Shown one piece after another: positions 1 through 9,972 of a stretch of 64,000 nt of DNA. Source of the DNA: an uncultured Bacteroidales bacterium. GTDB lineage: Bacteria; Bacteroidota; Bacteroidia; Bacteroidales; B18-G4. Position 1 is the first letter of the stretch. Every line of letters begins with the position of its first letter. A program made the position numbers and the translations under genes. The stretch covers positions 15,160 through 79,159 of the forward strand of contig CAZHFC010000009.1 in assembly GCA_964531985.1 (NCBI GenBank), in the 5' to 3' direction. The notes beneath the pieces were generated by a model. It was not told the DNA's origin and searched no databases. It worked only from the letters and a program-made list of their open reading frames with translations.

Positions 1-1
1 T

Positions 2-2773
2 TACCGGCAACGGATCAGGGTACGCGCCGGGATCAGCGGTAACCTCGAATCGGATATCCCTGAGCATGTGCAATCCTTTTCAATTTTCAATTATCAGGGA
101 GGATGGCACTATATGCAGGGCAATGATACCACCCCGGAAAACAAGACCATCGAATTTGGACTTGACATCACGCCCTTGCTTTCATACGTTGAAACGGGCA
201 AAGAATACCGCTTTTTCCTGATCGTGGATGAGAAAGATCCGGAAAACCTCGGATATGGGCAGATAAAGGATTTCAGCCTGATCGATTATCAGGAAGGGTT
301 TACGGAAATTCCGTGCATTCAGCAAAATGTGATCCTCACCGATAACGGCACCACGATGCTGTATATAGATCATTTGCCTTCACCCAATGATTTTACCATT
401 GTCACCGATGGCATTCCCCCGCTTGAGGCGGGCCAGCCGCTTGCGTTGCAACTGGAGGCCGCCGGCGGCCAGGAACCTTACCGCTGGTACCTCGACAAAA
501 ACTATGATATGGGCATGGGCCCGGGTATATATCCCGGGAATGAAGGGGAACTGATCATCGGGAATGCCTATACGGACCATCCTGTTGCGCAAGCCCTCGG
601 GTTCAGTTTTCCCTTTTACGGGAACCGGTTCGACACGGTCATGGTATCGCCCTGCGGTTACATCTTTTTTGATGAGAACATGTATTTCTGGTCATACCTG
701 AGGGATATGGCTTATTTTCTGCGCAATCAGCGTGTGATCGCTCCCTTGCTCTGTCAGGAAATGATCGTGAATGCCGATTATGGCCATGGTGTATGGTATG
801 CGGGCGATGAAAATGGCGCTGTTTTCAGGTGGATCAATGCGCTGGAGGACGAAATTGGATCAAGCAAATTCAACTTTGCCGTTAAGCTTTTCCCCGATGG
901 GAATATTGATTTTTACTATGGCGATATGGAGCTTAATGCCGCCATGGATTGGGTGGCGGGCATCTCCGACGGCGACCTGGTCAATTACAGCCTGCCGGAA
1001 CTTCCTGCACTGCCTGAGATCAGCCCAGGAACCCGGGTAATCTACAGGGGGCTGCCCCTTCCGGATTCAATTTCTTTGAGCACTGAAGGATTGTTAAAAG
1101 TTTATAATGGCGATGGCATACAGAGCGGGATCAGTGTGCTGGCCGTCGACAATACCTTGCTCGGGACAAGCAGAAAATTCCAGCTTACCGATGGCCTTGA
1201 AATGGATGTTTATGTCCAGGGCAGCACAAATAATACACTAAAAAGCGGTCAGTTTTTTTATCTCAACCTGATGTTGAAAAACCAGGGTGTGGCAGAAATC
1301 GAGGATCTGCATTTCATCCTTTCCTGCGAAGATCCCGGCTTGATGCTTATCGATAACAGCCATTTTGTTCAGACTCTGCCGGCTGGGGAGCATGTGGAGT
1401 TGATTGGAGCTTTCAGCTGCCAGACTGATCCGGAACTCCCCGACCGGCAGGTGATCGTAATGAGGATGGATCTGCAATCGGCCGGTAAAACGTCTTCGCG
1501 GCCGTTCATTTTCGAGAGCAGGGCACCAATGTTCATGTTAAGGTCATGGCGTGTTACTGATGCCGACGGGATCCTTGATCCGGGCGAAACCGCCCCCCTG
1601 ATGGTTGAGATTGCCAATGATGGCCTGTTGGGATCCGGATCTGTTATTGGCCGGGTCGTATCCGAAGATCCGGGAATTACAGTAATTGGATCGCAGGCGG
1701 CCACATTCGGTGAATTGCAACCCGGTGCCAGGGCAACAGCTACCTTTGACCTGACAGCAAGCTATGCGCTGCCATATGGAAAGGAAGTTTCATTGGTACT
1801 GAAACTTGAAGAAGAGAATGGTCTGATAAGGGAACTGCCCTTCAGCCTCAGGGTTGGGAAGGTGCCTGTTTGCATCGTCGATATGGATCCGGGGACGCAC
1901 TCGGGTCCGCAGGTTTATGAACTCCTGCAACAGATGGGTGTCGAAGCGAAATATACCCGAAGTTTTCCCCTGTCGCTGGATGCTTACCAGTCGGTTATCC
2001 TCTGCCTGGGCAAATATTTTTCGTACCATGATGTATCAGCCCTGGAAAGCAATACCCTCATTCAATACCTTGATCAGGGCGGACGGCTTTACATGGAAGG
2101 TCGCCTCGCATGGACGCAGCAGCCTTATTGGGACATCTTCGGCAGGTTTAACATCGAAACAATGAATATGCCGGGCCTTTATAATATCCTGGATGGCACC
2201 GACAGCACCTTTACCGAAGGCCTGGCATATGCCAACATGGCACCGCAACCCGTCTGTTACCAGTACCTGGTGCCGCAGGAGCCCGCCTTCAGCATCTTTA
2301 CCGGCCGGGAATATCCGTATTGTGCCGCGGTTGCCCATGATGCCGGTACCTATAAGACTGTGGGCACCATCTTCGAACTGGGCGGACTGGTGTCATCCGA
2401 TACCTGCCTGGTTGAGACTTTTATGTGGCGGCTGCTCGAATTCTTTGATGTGCAGCAAAGTGCCCTGGATATCGATGACCCCTGGTTTGGTGACCCGGCC
2501 GGAGCCGTTCAAAACTATCCCAATCCTTTCTCGGGCCATACACATATCCCCTTATTTCTCGATGAACGCAGCTATGTACGAGCGGAAGTTTACGATATGC
2601 AGGGTCGTCTCGTTTATGAACTCCTGCCGGCGGGCTTTTACCGGGCAGGTACGAAGCTGCTGGAATGGAACGGAAAAGGCGCGGACGGACAAAACATGCC
2701 GGCCGGCATCTATATTTACCGTATAGTGGTAAACGGTATGCCCCTGACGGGAAAGATGATCATGCTTGATTGA
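2..2773 (+). CDS. T9SS-secreted multidomain protein, 5'-partial (runs off the left edge)
   Basis: The frame of ORF 68..2773 stays open back to nt 2. The first in-window start (GTG 68) is not followed by a signal peptide, yet the protein ends in a type-A T9SS CTD (NYPNPFSGHTHIPL...GIYIYRIVVNG...KMIMLD, ~2512..2770). Internal parts: NIDO-like block GFSFPFYGNRFDTVMVSPCGYIFF...FPDGNIDFYYG (~590..935), two CARDB-like sandwiches (~1195..1858, DADGILDPGETA), and alpha/beta module F (1862..2452). Confidence 0.8.
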   Translation, partial: YRQRIRVRAGISGNLESDIPEHVQSFSIFNYQGGWHYMQGNDTTPENKTIEFGLDITPLLSYVETGKEYRFFLIVDEKDPENLGYGQIKDFSLIDYQEGFTEIPCIQQNVILTDNGTTMLYIDHLPSPNDFTIVTDGIPPLEAGQPLALQLEAAGGQEPYRWYLDKNYDMGMGPGIYPGNEGELIIGNAYTDHPVAQALGFSFPFYGNRFDTVMVSPCGYIFFDENMYFWSYLRDMAYFLRNQRVIAPLLCQEMIVNADYGHGVWYAGDENGAVFRWINALEDEIGSSKFNFAVKLFPDGNIDFYYGDMELNAAMDWVAGISDGDLVNYSLPELPALPEISPGTRVIYRGLPLPDSISLSTEGLLKVYNGDGIQSGISVLAVDNTLLGTSRKFQLTDGLEMDVYVQGSTNNTLKSGQFFYLNLMLKNQGVAEIEDLHFILSCEDPGLMLIDNSHFVQTLPAGEHVELIGAFSCQTDPELPDRQVIVMRMDLQSAGKTSSRPFIFESRAPMFMLRSWRVTDADGILDPGETAPLMVEIANDGLLGSGSVIGRVVSEDPGITVIGSQAATFGELQPGARATATFDLTASYALPYGKEVSLVLKLEEENGLIRELPFSLRVGKVPVCIVDMDPGTHSGPQVYELLQQMGVEAKYTRSFPLSLDAYQSVILCLGKYFSYHDVSALESNTLIQYLDQGGRLYMEGRLAWTQQPYWDIFGRFNIETMNMPGLYNILDGTDSTFTEGLAYANMAPQPVCYQYLVPQEPAFSIFTGREYPYCAAVAHDAGTYKTVGTIFELGGLVSSDTCLVETFMWRLLEFFDVQQSALDIDDPWFGDPAGAVQNYPNPFSGHTHIPLFLDERSYVRAEVYDMQGRLVYELLPAGFYRAGTKLLEWNGKGADGQNMPAGIYIYRIVVNGMPLTGKMIMLD

Positions 2774-2958
2774 GATCGGGATAAGGTTATTATTATGGTG
2801 ATCTGGTCATGAGAATATTTATGATGTGGTTTCATCCCGTTAAAATGAAAGTTCAACTGCTACCGGTTGTTTTTTGTTATAACCAGGTAATCCCACACTT
2901 TAACTTTTGTAACTTAGCCTTCGGATGAGAAAATAGGCTACACTCAATAAAAGAACCG

Positions 2959-4956
2959 GTGAATATACGTTTAATCATAATCCTGTTCGTTCCATTCTGG
3001 CTGCTCTCGCCGGATGTACCCGATCACGATATTGATGATAATGCCGTTCCCGGAAAGATGATCATCCAGCTAAGGCCGGGCATATCCCACATAAAAGCCA
3101 TTGGCATACTGGAGAATGCCTACGCCGGCGTACAACTGGAAGCCGAAAAGTGTCTGTCGCAGGAACTGGGCATCTGGCTGTTTTCATATGAACCGGTTCA
3201 TACAGGCAAACGTTCACTGCTGAAGGAAATAGCCGGCAATGCGCTTGTGAATAAGTTGCAGTTTGATCACTATATTGCACTGCGGGAAGTGATTCCCGAC
3301 GATTCACTCTTTGATGAGCAATGGGCCCTGAAAAATACGGGGCAGGCAGGAGGGATACCGGGTGCCGATATCGATGCTGCCATGGCCTGGGAGGTAGCCT
3401 TTAATGACGGACTTACCGCCCTTGGCGACACCATTGTCATCGCAATTGTCGATGATGGTTTTGCACTGGGCCATGAAGATATGCATTACCGGAAAAACAG
3501 GAATGAAATTCCCGGAAACGGGATCGATGACGATGGTAACGGCTATATCGACGACTATGACGGCTGGAATGCCATTTACAGCAGCGGTTACATACAGCCC
3601 AAAGACCACGGACAGCATGTGGCCGGCATTGCGGCGGCACGTGGCAACAACGGGAAAGGTGTGAGCGGCATCAACTGGAATGTACAGGTAATGCCGGTTG
3701 TGGGGGCATCTACCGTCGAGTCGGTTGTGGTTGAAGCTTATTCGTACGTATACAGTATGCGTAAGCTTTATGATGAAAGCGGCGGGGCAAAAGGGGCTTA
3801 TGTGGTAGTGACCAACAGCTCTTTCGGGGTTGATTTTGGCAACCCCGACGACTACCCGGTATGGGAGAGTATGTATGATTCGCTGGGCAGCCTGGGTATC
3901 ATGAATGTTTCCGCCACCATGAACGGTATCTGGAATGTGGATGAGGTTGGCGACATACCGGGCGGTTTTACCACTGATTACCTCATCAGCGTTACCAATA
4001 CCACCAATAAGGATGAAAAGTACCTGGCGGCGGGCTGGGGCACTGTTTCCGTCGACCTGGGCGCACCCGGGAAGTCCATTATTTCAACACGTATCCCCAA
4101 TTCTTACGGCTATAAAACCGGTACCTCCATGGCCGCACCCCATGTGGCGGGAAGTCTGGCCCTGATGTTTGCAGCAGCCGGCGATGCATTTATGCTCAGG
4201 TATCAGCAGGAGCCGGCTTCTATGACCCGGTTCCTGAAAAACCTTATCCTCGATGGGGTGGATCCGCTTCCCGGCTTCGATACAATCTGTGGTTCGGGGG
4301 GCAGGCTGAATGTGAACAATGCCGTTCGGAAGCTGGTTAACCCGCGCATACAGTTTCAAGGCGATACCCTGTCCATTTCCCTGGCACCGGATTCCACTGC
4401 CTGTGAAACCAACGGTATTGCCAACCTGCTTGGCTTTGAGCTATCCTATGTTGTTGATACGGAAGAAATGCCTCCCTGGGCGGAGGTGTACCTTTCTGCC
4501 GGAACACTGCCGCCATCCGGACAAGATACCTTACTCATCTGTTTCAACGCTATTGGTATGGATGAAGGAACCTATTTCGGCACCCTCTCGTTAACCGATA
4601 TGGCGGGCATGAGCATCCCGTTGGTGCTGCAGATGACAGTGGTTCCGGTGCAGGGCATTGAGGGCGGCCCCGTTTCCTCTTCTCCCGGCCTGCAGGCTTA
4701 TCCGAATCCTTTCCATGGTAGTATAAGGGTAGTTGCAGGCAATGTTGAAAGCGGAAGGATTGGCTTCAGTGTATATTCATCATCCGGACTACTGGTATAT
4801 AGCCGGGAAGAATATAATGTCGGGCATGGAGTATATGAATTTATCTGGGATGGGCGGGATGCAGGTGGTGGTCTTCTTCCCCCGGGAATATATTTTATCA
4901 GGGTTGGTAACGCTAACCGCAGCAGTTGCCTGCGGGTGATCAGGATGCCGGTATAA
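2959..4956 (+). CDS. S8 family subtilisin-like serine protease with T9SS C-terminal sorting domain
   Basis: Catalytic triad contexts: Asp in IAIVDDGF (3451..3453), His in DHGQHVAGIAAA (3607..3609), Ser in GTSMAAPHVAG (4126..4128). GTG start with a hydrophobic N-terminus. CTD: AYPNPFHGSIRV...GIYFIRV...LRVIRMPV. Confidence 0.9.
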   Translation: MNIRLIIILFVPFWLLSPDVPDHDIDDNAVPGKMIIQLRPGISHIKAIGILENAYAGVQLEAEKCLSQELGIWLFSYEPVHTGKRSLLKEIAGNALVNKLQFDHYIALREVIPDDSLFDEQWALKNTGQAGGIPGADIDAAMAWEVAFNDGLTALGDTIVIAIVDDGFALGHEDMHYRKNRNEIPGNGIDDDGNGYIDDYDGWNAIYSSGYIQPKDHGQHVAGIAAARGNNGKGVSGINWNVQVMPVVGASTVESVVVEAYSYVYSMRKLYDESGGAKGAYVVVTNSSFGVDFGNPDDYPVWESMYDSLGSLGIMNVSATMNGIWNVDEVGDIPGGFTTDYLISVTNTTNKDEKYLAAGWGTVSVDLGAPGKSIISTRIPNSYGYKTGTSMAAPHVAGSLALMFAAAGDAFMLRYQQEPASMTRFLKNLILDGVDPLPGFDTICGSGGRLNVNNAVRKLVNPRIQFQGDTLSISLAPDSTACETNGIANLLGFELSYVVDTEEMPPWAEVYLSAGTLPPSGQDTLLICFNAIGMDEGTYFGTLSLTDMAGMSIPLVLQMTVVPVQGIEGGPVSSSPGLQAYPNPFHGSIRVVAGNVESGRIGFSVYSSSGLLVYSREEYNVGHGVYEFIWDGRDAGGGLLPPGIYFIRVGNANRSSCLRVIRMPV

Positions 4957-4958
4957 TC

Positions 4959-6215
4959 CTATCGTTTTCCGGCGAGCCAGGGAGCGGGATCCATCAGGTC
5001 CTTGGCTTTCCATATCTCAAAATGCAGTTCGGTTTTGTTTTCCTTGCGGTTGGTGTAGATACGCCCGATCGGCTGCTTTGTTTCAACCATCTGATCGCGC
5101 TGTACCAGCACCTCGTCAAGGTTCGAATACACCGTAAGGTATTCGCCGTGGCGAATGATCACCACATTGTTGAAATTGGGTACCGACATCACCCTGGTAA
5201 CAACCCCACTGAAAACGGCACGGGCATGTTCGCCTTCCGAGGTGAGGATGTCAATGCCGTTATTCTTTATTTTTACACGTGGCAGGACGGGATGTTGATG
5301 TTCGCCATAGGTGCCCGACACGATGCCTCTTTCTGTTGGCCAGGGCAGCTTTCCCTTATTGCTCACAAAGTTTTCGGAAAGCAGCATTTCTTCAGGCGTA
5401 AGGGCAAAGCCACTGCTGGTTTTGGTGCCTGCTTCCGCACGCGCCCGCTCCTCGGCAAGCCGGATCTCTTCGGCAATGATGGCCTGTATGGCTTTTTCCA
5501 TGTCGGCAGCGGCCTTCTCCTTTTCTTTCAGTGCAGCCTTCAGCTCCTTTTCCCGCTTACTCAAATCATGGATGGTGACGTCCATATTGGATTTTTCCGT
5601 TTCAAGCTGCTTTTTTTGTTCCTGTTCGAGACCGAGGAGGTTTTGTTTCTCTGCCTTGCTGCGTTCCAGTTCCAGTTCTTTTTTTGCAAGCGTTTCACTT
5701 GCCTGCCTGATCAATCCGGCCTGGGTTCTGCGGTAGGTGGCATATTGCTGGAAATACCTGATCCGCCGGTAGGCCTGGTTGAAATCTTCCGCCGAAAAAA
5801 TAAAAACCAAACGTTCATATGCGTTTCGGTTGCGATTTGCATGATAGATCATTTTGGCATATTCATCTTTCAGTTTCCTGAGTTCGGCCGAAAGACGGGA
5901 AATGCTGTCGCCCGTTTGAGCGATCTCATTTTCAAGCCAGGCCAGTTCGGCCTTGATGTTGTTGATCAGCCTTTCCCTTTGCCTGATGTTCTGCTGAAGA
6001 ATGGTGAGCCCTTCCATGGTCGATCGGCGGCTCTGGCTGGTTTGGGCCAGCAATTTGCTGGTATAGGCAATGTCCTCTTCAATTTGCTTTTTTTCCTGCT
6101 GCAATTGCGTTTTTTTATCCTGCGAATGTGCGTTTTCCGGGATAAGAATATTTATCAGCAAAAGCAGCGATGTTAATCGCCATGCTGACCGTATAAATGC
6201 AAAATTCTTTTTCAT
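4959..6215 (-). CDS. EnvC-like murein hydrolase activator (coiled coil plus degenerate M23/LytM domain)
   Basis: Signal peptide, then a long Q/E/K-rich coiled-coil region, then a C-terminal LytM-like domain (NNGIDI...VVIIRHGEYLTVYSNL...ELHFEIW). Three of the four canonical His positions are substituted (HxGxD -> NNGID; YxH -> YSN; HxH -> ExH). Its start abuts the upstream gene's stop. Confidence 0.85.
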   Translation of the reverse strand: MKKNFAFIRSAWRLTSLLLLINILIPENAHSQDKKTQLQQEKKQIEEDIAYTSKLLAQTSQSRRSTMEGLTILQQNIRQRERLINNIKAELAWLENEIAQTGDSISRLSAELRKLKDEYAKMIYHANRNRNAYERLVFIFSAEDFNQAYRRIRYFQQYATYRRTQAGLIRQASETLAKKELELERSKAEKQNLLGLEQEQKKQLETEKSNMDVTIHDLSKREKELKAALKEKEKAAADMEKAIQAIIAEEIRLAEERARAEAGTKTSSGFALTPEEMLLSENFVSNKGKLPWPTERGIVSGTYGEHQHPVLPRVKIKNNGIDILTSEGEHARAVFSGVVTRVMSVPNFNNVVIIRHGEYLTVYSNLDEVLVQRDQMVETKQPIGRIYTNRKENKTELHFEIWKAKDLMDPAPWLAGKR

Positions 6216-7037
6216 TTACCAGATCCTTTCATATTTTTCGGGGATGGCAAAAGGAAAGGTCAGCGGCTCGTTCAGCCGGATCCTCGAGTAGTTTACCTTT
6301 ACGGTAACCCTGCTGTCGGCAAAGATGTCAAAGATCAAATCATAGGGGAATAAATACCCATTGTGGTTCCGGAAATCACTGTAATAGGCTTCCAGTTTCT
6401 TATCGTTTTTAATCTCTTTCAGGCTTACTTTGGTGATCTTAAAGGTATTAGGGTCAAGCCAGATATCCTGGTAAAATACCGGTGCTTCCGTTTCATCCTG
6501 TTTGACAAATTTTTTCAGTTGGCGGCGTTCGGAAGTTGACAGCTTGTATTCAACCTTATCGACATGCGCCTTGAATTTTGTTTTATCGTAGAACTGGAAG
6601 TCGTTCCCGATGATGATCGAATGCAGAACGTCGAAGTCGATGCGGGTCTTCAGGAAATCGTTGATAAAACTGTAATCGCCTGAGAGGTGTGTTTTGTTGA
6701 TCCGGTTAATGTAGAGTACGGAGTCGGTGGTGATCTTAAGCCTGGCCATTTCTATTCCCAGTGCGGGGGAGAAGGTAACCCATATTACGCTGTCTTTTCT
6801 TATCCTGATCTGCCCTTTGAATTCGGTCAGTTTTTTGTCGTAGATATAATCGACCGAGAACTTTGCCGACAGCCAGTCGAAACGCATTTCGTTTTTGGCG
6901 AGCTCATCAAGCAGGAAACTTGTTTTTGCTTCCCTGAGCGGCTCCTTGATCACCTGGCGTTTGGCAGAACATCCACCGAGTAGCATGATGGCGGTGATAA
7001 GGGCAGGCAATATGCCGCTGATAAGCGCGTAACGCAT
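6216..7037 (-). CDS. DUF4292-like (LolB-like) lipoprotein
   Basis: Internal Met at 7037 gives a lipoprotein signal MRYALISGILPALITAIMLLGGC. The blocks RFDWLSAKFSV...IRIRKDSVIWVTFSPALGIEMARLKITTDSV match my recollection of DUF4292. Its position between a TPR gene and an M23 gene is the usual Bacteroidota arrangement. Confidence 0.7.
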   Translation of the reverse strand: MRYALISGILPALITAIMLLGGCSAKRQVIKEPLREAKTSFLLDELAKNEMRFDWLSAKFSVDYIYDKKLTEFKGQIRIRKDSVIWVTFSPALGIEMARLKITTDSVLYINRINKTHLSGDYSFINDFLKTRIDFDVLHSIIIGNDFQFYDKTKFKAHVDKVEYKLSTSERRQLKKFVKQDETEAPVFYQDIWLDPNTFKITKVSLKEIKNDKKLEAYYSDFRNHNGYLFPYDLIFDIFADSRVTVKVNYSRIRLNEPLTFPFAIPEKYERIW

Positions 7038-7050
7038 GCGGAGGCCGGGA

Positions 7051-8784
7051 TTATTCATGGAGCGTGCCATCAATGACTTTTTTCTCAAGAAATTCGGTTC
7101 CGCCCTTGCCGGCGTTCAATGCCCTCTTCCAGTATTCCAAAGCTTCCTTTTTCCGGCCGAGCTTGTAGAGTACATCCCCGTAGTGCTCCAGTACTTCGGC
7201 ATTGTCCTTTTCATGGTTTTCGATCGATTTACCAATCCATTCCAAAGCTTCTTCGTATTCTCCCAGCTTATAAAGTATCCATCCGTAGGTATCCTGGTTC
7301 GAGGCATTGCCCGGGTCAAGCTCGAGTGATTTTTCCGACATGTCCCTGGCTTTTTCCAGTTCCAGTCCTGCCAGCGACAGGTAGTAGGCATAGTTATTCA
7401 GCACGATGGAATTATCGGGTTTGACCTTCAGGGAGTTCTCATAAGCTTCGAAGGCTTTTTCGTCTTCACCCGTTTGGTGGTAGGCATCGCCCAGGTAATT
7501 ATAGAATTCGGCGAGCAGGAGGTCGTTGCGTACCACGAAGCGTATTCCTGTTTCAAGGTCACGGATCATTTGCCTGTGATCTTCGAAATGATAGCTTGCC
7601 ACGGCCGAAAAGAGATAGGGAAGCGGTTGCTGGGGAAAAAGTTCGATTGCCCTGCGGCTTTCGCTGCGCATGGCCTCAAAATCTTCCAGCTGCGATTCGG
7701 TAAAGAGCAATTGTTCCCATACCGCGTACCTGCTGCTGTCGAGGCTGATCACGGTTCTGAGGGACTTCCTTGCGTCCTCCCATTTTTTATCCTGGTAATA
7801 AAGGTCGGCTCTGATGCTGTATGCACGGGGGTCATCGGGATGCGCTGTAATAAGTATGTCGGCAAGGATTGATGCATTTTCCTTTTCTTCATCGAAAAGT
7901 TCATTCATGGTATAAAAGGCAAGGAGAATCTGTACCTTGGTGTCGATGTCAAGATAGGGGTTGCCAAATCCTAGTTTCAGATATTCGAATGATTTTTCGG
8001 TATCGCCCTTTTTCCTGTAAAAGTCAGAGAGCGAAATGTGGATGTACGCATTATCGGGTTCTTTTTCGGCAATGTCGAGGTAAGTGGCCAGTGCTTTTTC
8101 ATCCATGCCGTTGGCCAGGTATAGCTCGGCCAGTATGGCCTTATACCTGCTTTCTTCCGGCCATGCCACCGATAGTTTTTCGATCTCGGCAATGGCTTTG
8201 TCGGGTTTTTTCAGTCGTTGCCATATTTTTTGTTTCTGGATGGAGATCTCTTCCGTAATTCCGATGTTTTCTTCAATAACGTTATAGGCATCAATAGCTT
8301 TCTGATAGTTCCCGATGAGCAGGTGAGTAATGGCCAGTTCATACTGGTATTCAAGATCGCCGGGCTGAAGTTTGATAAGCTTCTCTATGACTTTTACCGA
8401 TTCATCAAATTGCAGGTTGTCCTGATATAACTCCGAAAGCAGTTTCAGGTACCAGGTGTTTTTGGGTTCCTGTTCAACTGCCTTTTCAGCCCATTCTATG
8501 GCTTTGGCCGTTTCTTCCTTCACACGGGCAATCCTTGCCAGCTCATACATGGATGCCGCATCTTTCGGGTCGAGGCTGAGGCTCTTAATAAACAGTGCTT
8601 CGGCAGCATCCAGGTTGCCCAGAAGTTTTTGTGTATTGGCTTCGAGAAAGACGCTTGTATTGTCCTGCCGTTTGGCCTCCTTGTCCTTCTTGCCGCCTTT
8701 TTGTGCCAGGTTTGTTCCCGGCAACAGGATCAACAGCATGAGGAAGGTCAGGATGTTGATCATATATTTGATTTTATTGTTCAT
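7051..8784 (-). CDS. Tetratricopeptide-repeat protein (secreted or anchored)
   Basis: N-terminal hydrophobic signal, then many 34-aa TPR-like units (e.g. ALATYLDIAEKEPDNAY, AFEAYENSLKVKPDN, ALEYWKRALNAG). It is packed tightly between neighbouring genes on the same strand. Confidence 0.85.
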   Translation of the reverse strand: MNNKIKYMINILTFLMLLILLPGTNLAQKGGKKDKEAKRQDNTSVFLEANTQKLLGNLDAAEALFIKSLSLDPKDAASMYELARIARVKEETAKAIEWAEKAVEQEPKNTWYLKLLSELYQDNLQFDESVKVIEKLIKLQPGDLEYQYELAITHLLIGNYQKAIDAYNVIEENIGITEEISIQKQKIWQRLKKPDKAIAEIEKLSVAWPEESRYKAILAELYLANGMDEKALATYLDIAEKEPDNAYIHISLSDFYRKKGDTEKSFEYLKLGFGNPYLDIDTKVQILLAFYTMNELFDEEKENASILADILITAHPDDPRAYSIRADLYYQDKKWEDARKSLRTVISLDSSRYAVWEQLLFTESQLEDFEAMRSESRRAIELFPQQPLPYLFSAVASYHFEDHRQMIRDLETGIRFVVRNDLLLAEFYNYLGDAYHQTGEDEKAFEAYENSLKVKPDNSIVLNNYAYYLSLAGLELEKARDMSEKSLELDPGNASNQDTYGWILYKLGEYEEALEWIGKSIENHEKDNAEVLEHYGDVLYKLGRKKEALEYWKRALNAGKGGTEFLEKKVIDGTLHE

Positions 8785-8792
8785 GTCAATGG

Positions 8793-9815
8793 TCAGCTTG
8801 TGTTATGATCTTCGTTAATGACGGTATAGTCTCCGACATTGTATTTTTGCCGGTGGCCCGTCAGATCAACGTAATTTCCGATCATTGAATTGTGCATGCT
8901 CACTTGCCGGATTGTCGAACCGGACTGTATGATGCTGTTGCCGACCACGGCGTTTTCGACGAGGCTGTTTTCTCCTATTGACACGTAGGGGCCGATCACG
9001 GCATTTCGAATGATGGCATCCCGGCCGATAAAACAGGGCTCCCTGACCAGGGAGTTTTCGATAACGGCGGTTTCGTGAATGAGCGTTTCCTGATGCTTTT
9101 TGGTATCAAGTATCCGCTGGTTGGTGTATACGCAGGCTTCCATGTTGCCGCAGTCGAGCCATTCGTCGACGGCACCCGTGTAAAAGCGGGTTCCTTTTGC
9201 CGTCATATTTCTTAGGGCATCGGTAATTCCGTATTCGCCACCGCTTTTGATGTCCTGATCGAGCAGGTATTGCAGTTCCTGTTTCAGGCGTTCACCGTTG
9301 CGGAAATAATAAATGCCAATAATGGCCAGGTCGGATACAAATGTTGCCGGTTTTTCATAAAAAGCAGTGATGCACCGGTCTTTATCCAGTTCAACCACAC
9401 CGAAACCAGAGGGGTCGTTTACCTGATGGACCCAGATGATCCCGTCTTTACTGTCGTCGAGCGAAAAACCTGCCCTGAACAGGGTGTCGGCGTATGCAAT
9501 GATTACCTTGCCGTTAAGCGATTCCCCTGCGCAGAGTATGGCATGGGCGGTGCCGAGCGGTTCGTTCTGGTAATAGATTTTTCCTTTGGCACCGGTTTTT
9601 TCCGCAATTGAAAGCAGTTCTTTTTCGGTTTCACTGCCAAAATCACCGGTAATGAATGCCAGTTCTTCCACCTCCTCATGTATCAGGGCGGTGATGTCTT
9701 CCACCAATCGCTGAACAATTGGCTTTCCGGCTATTTTTATAAGTGGCTTTGGGATACTCAGGGTATGTGGCCTCATGCGCTTTCCCCTGCCCGCCATGGG
9801 AATGATGATTCTCAT
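8793..9815 (-). CDS. Sugar-phosphate nucleotidyltransferase with C-terminal left-handed beta-helix
   Basis: N-terminal MAGRGKRMRP...PKPL (G-x-G-x-R NTP-transferase motif). C-terminal hexapeptide repeats (IIRNAVIGPYVSIGENSLVENAVVGNSIIQSGSTI). Confidence 0.8.
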   Translation of the reverse strand: MRIIIPMAGRGKRMRPHTLSIPKPLIKIAGKPIVQRLVEDITALIHEEVEELAFITGDFGSETEKELLSIAEKTGAKGKIYYQNEPLGTAHAILCAGESLNGKVIIAYADTLFRAGFSLDDSKDGIIWVHQVNDPSGFGVVELDKDRCITAFYEKPATFVSDLAIIGIYYFRNGERLKQELQYLLDQDIKSGGEYGITDALRNMTAKGTRFYTGAVDEWLDCGNMEACVYTNQRILDTKKHQETLIHETAVIENSLVREPCFIGRDAIIRNAVIGPYVSIGENSLVENAVVGNSIIQSGSTIRQVSMHNSMIGNYVDLTGHRQKYNVGDYTVINEDHNTS

Positions 9816-9861
9816 GCTGAAATTCGATAGTTTACGAAATGATTGGCCAAGATTGACCGGC

Positions 9862-9869
9862 CAAAATTA
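9862..9869 (-). promoter_or_regulatory. Candidate Bacteroidota -7 box TAATTTTG (TAnnTTTG) for the envelope operon
   Basis: Exact match in the correct orientation, ~45 nt upstream of the ATG at 9815. Confidence 0.5.
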
Positions 9870-9917
9870 CGAATAATATCCGTAATTGCTTTATCGGACA
9901 GCATTTAAAGTGGGCCA

Positions 9918-9948
9918 TAAAAAAGACGGGGCATGTCTGCATACCCCG
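9918..9948 (-). terminator. Rho-independent terminator after the MORN-repeat gene
   Basis: On the minus strand, CGGGGUAUG-CAGA-CAUGCCCCG (9-bp stem with one G-U pair, 4-nt loop) is followed by UCUUUUUU. It lies ~25 nt past the stop at 9973. Confidence 0.7.
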
Positions 9949-9972
9949 CCCTGTAAATATGCCGGGTTCTGT

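Noticed and set aside
5113-5130. GGTTCGAAT, a tRNA T-loop-like sequence.
   Set aside because: It lies inside the EnvC-like coding region with no surrounding cloverleaf complementarity. No tRNA-sized gap exists here.
4926-6176. 416-aa plus-strand ORF antisense to the EnvC-like gene.
   Set aside because: It is a low-complexity mirror image of the coiled-coil coding strand (runs of F, L, R and G). It has no signal or domain features and is fully overlapped by a well-supported gene in an operon. I treat it as a shadow ORF.
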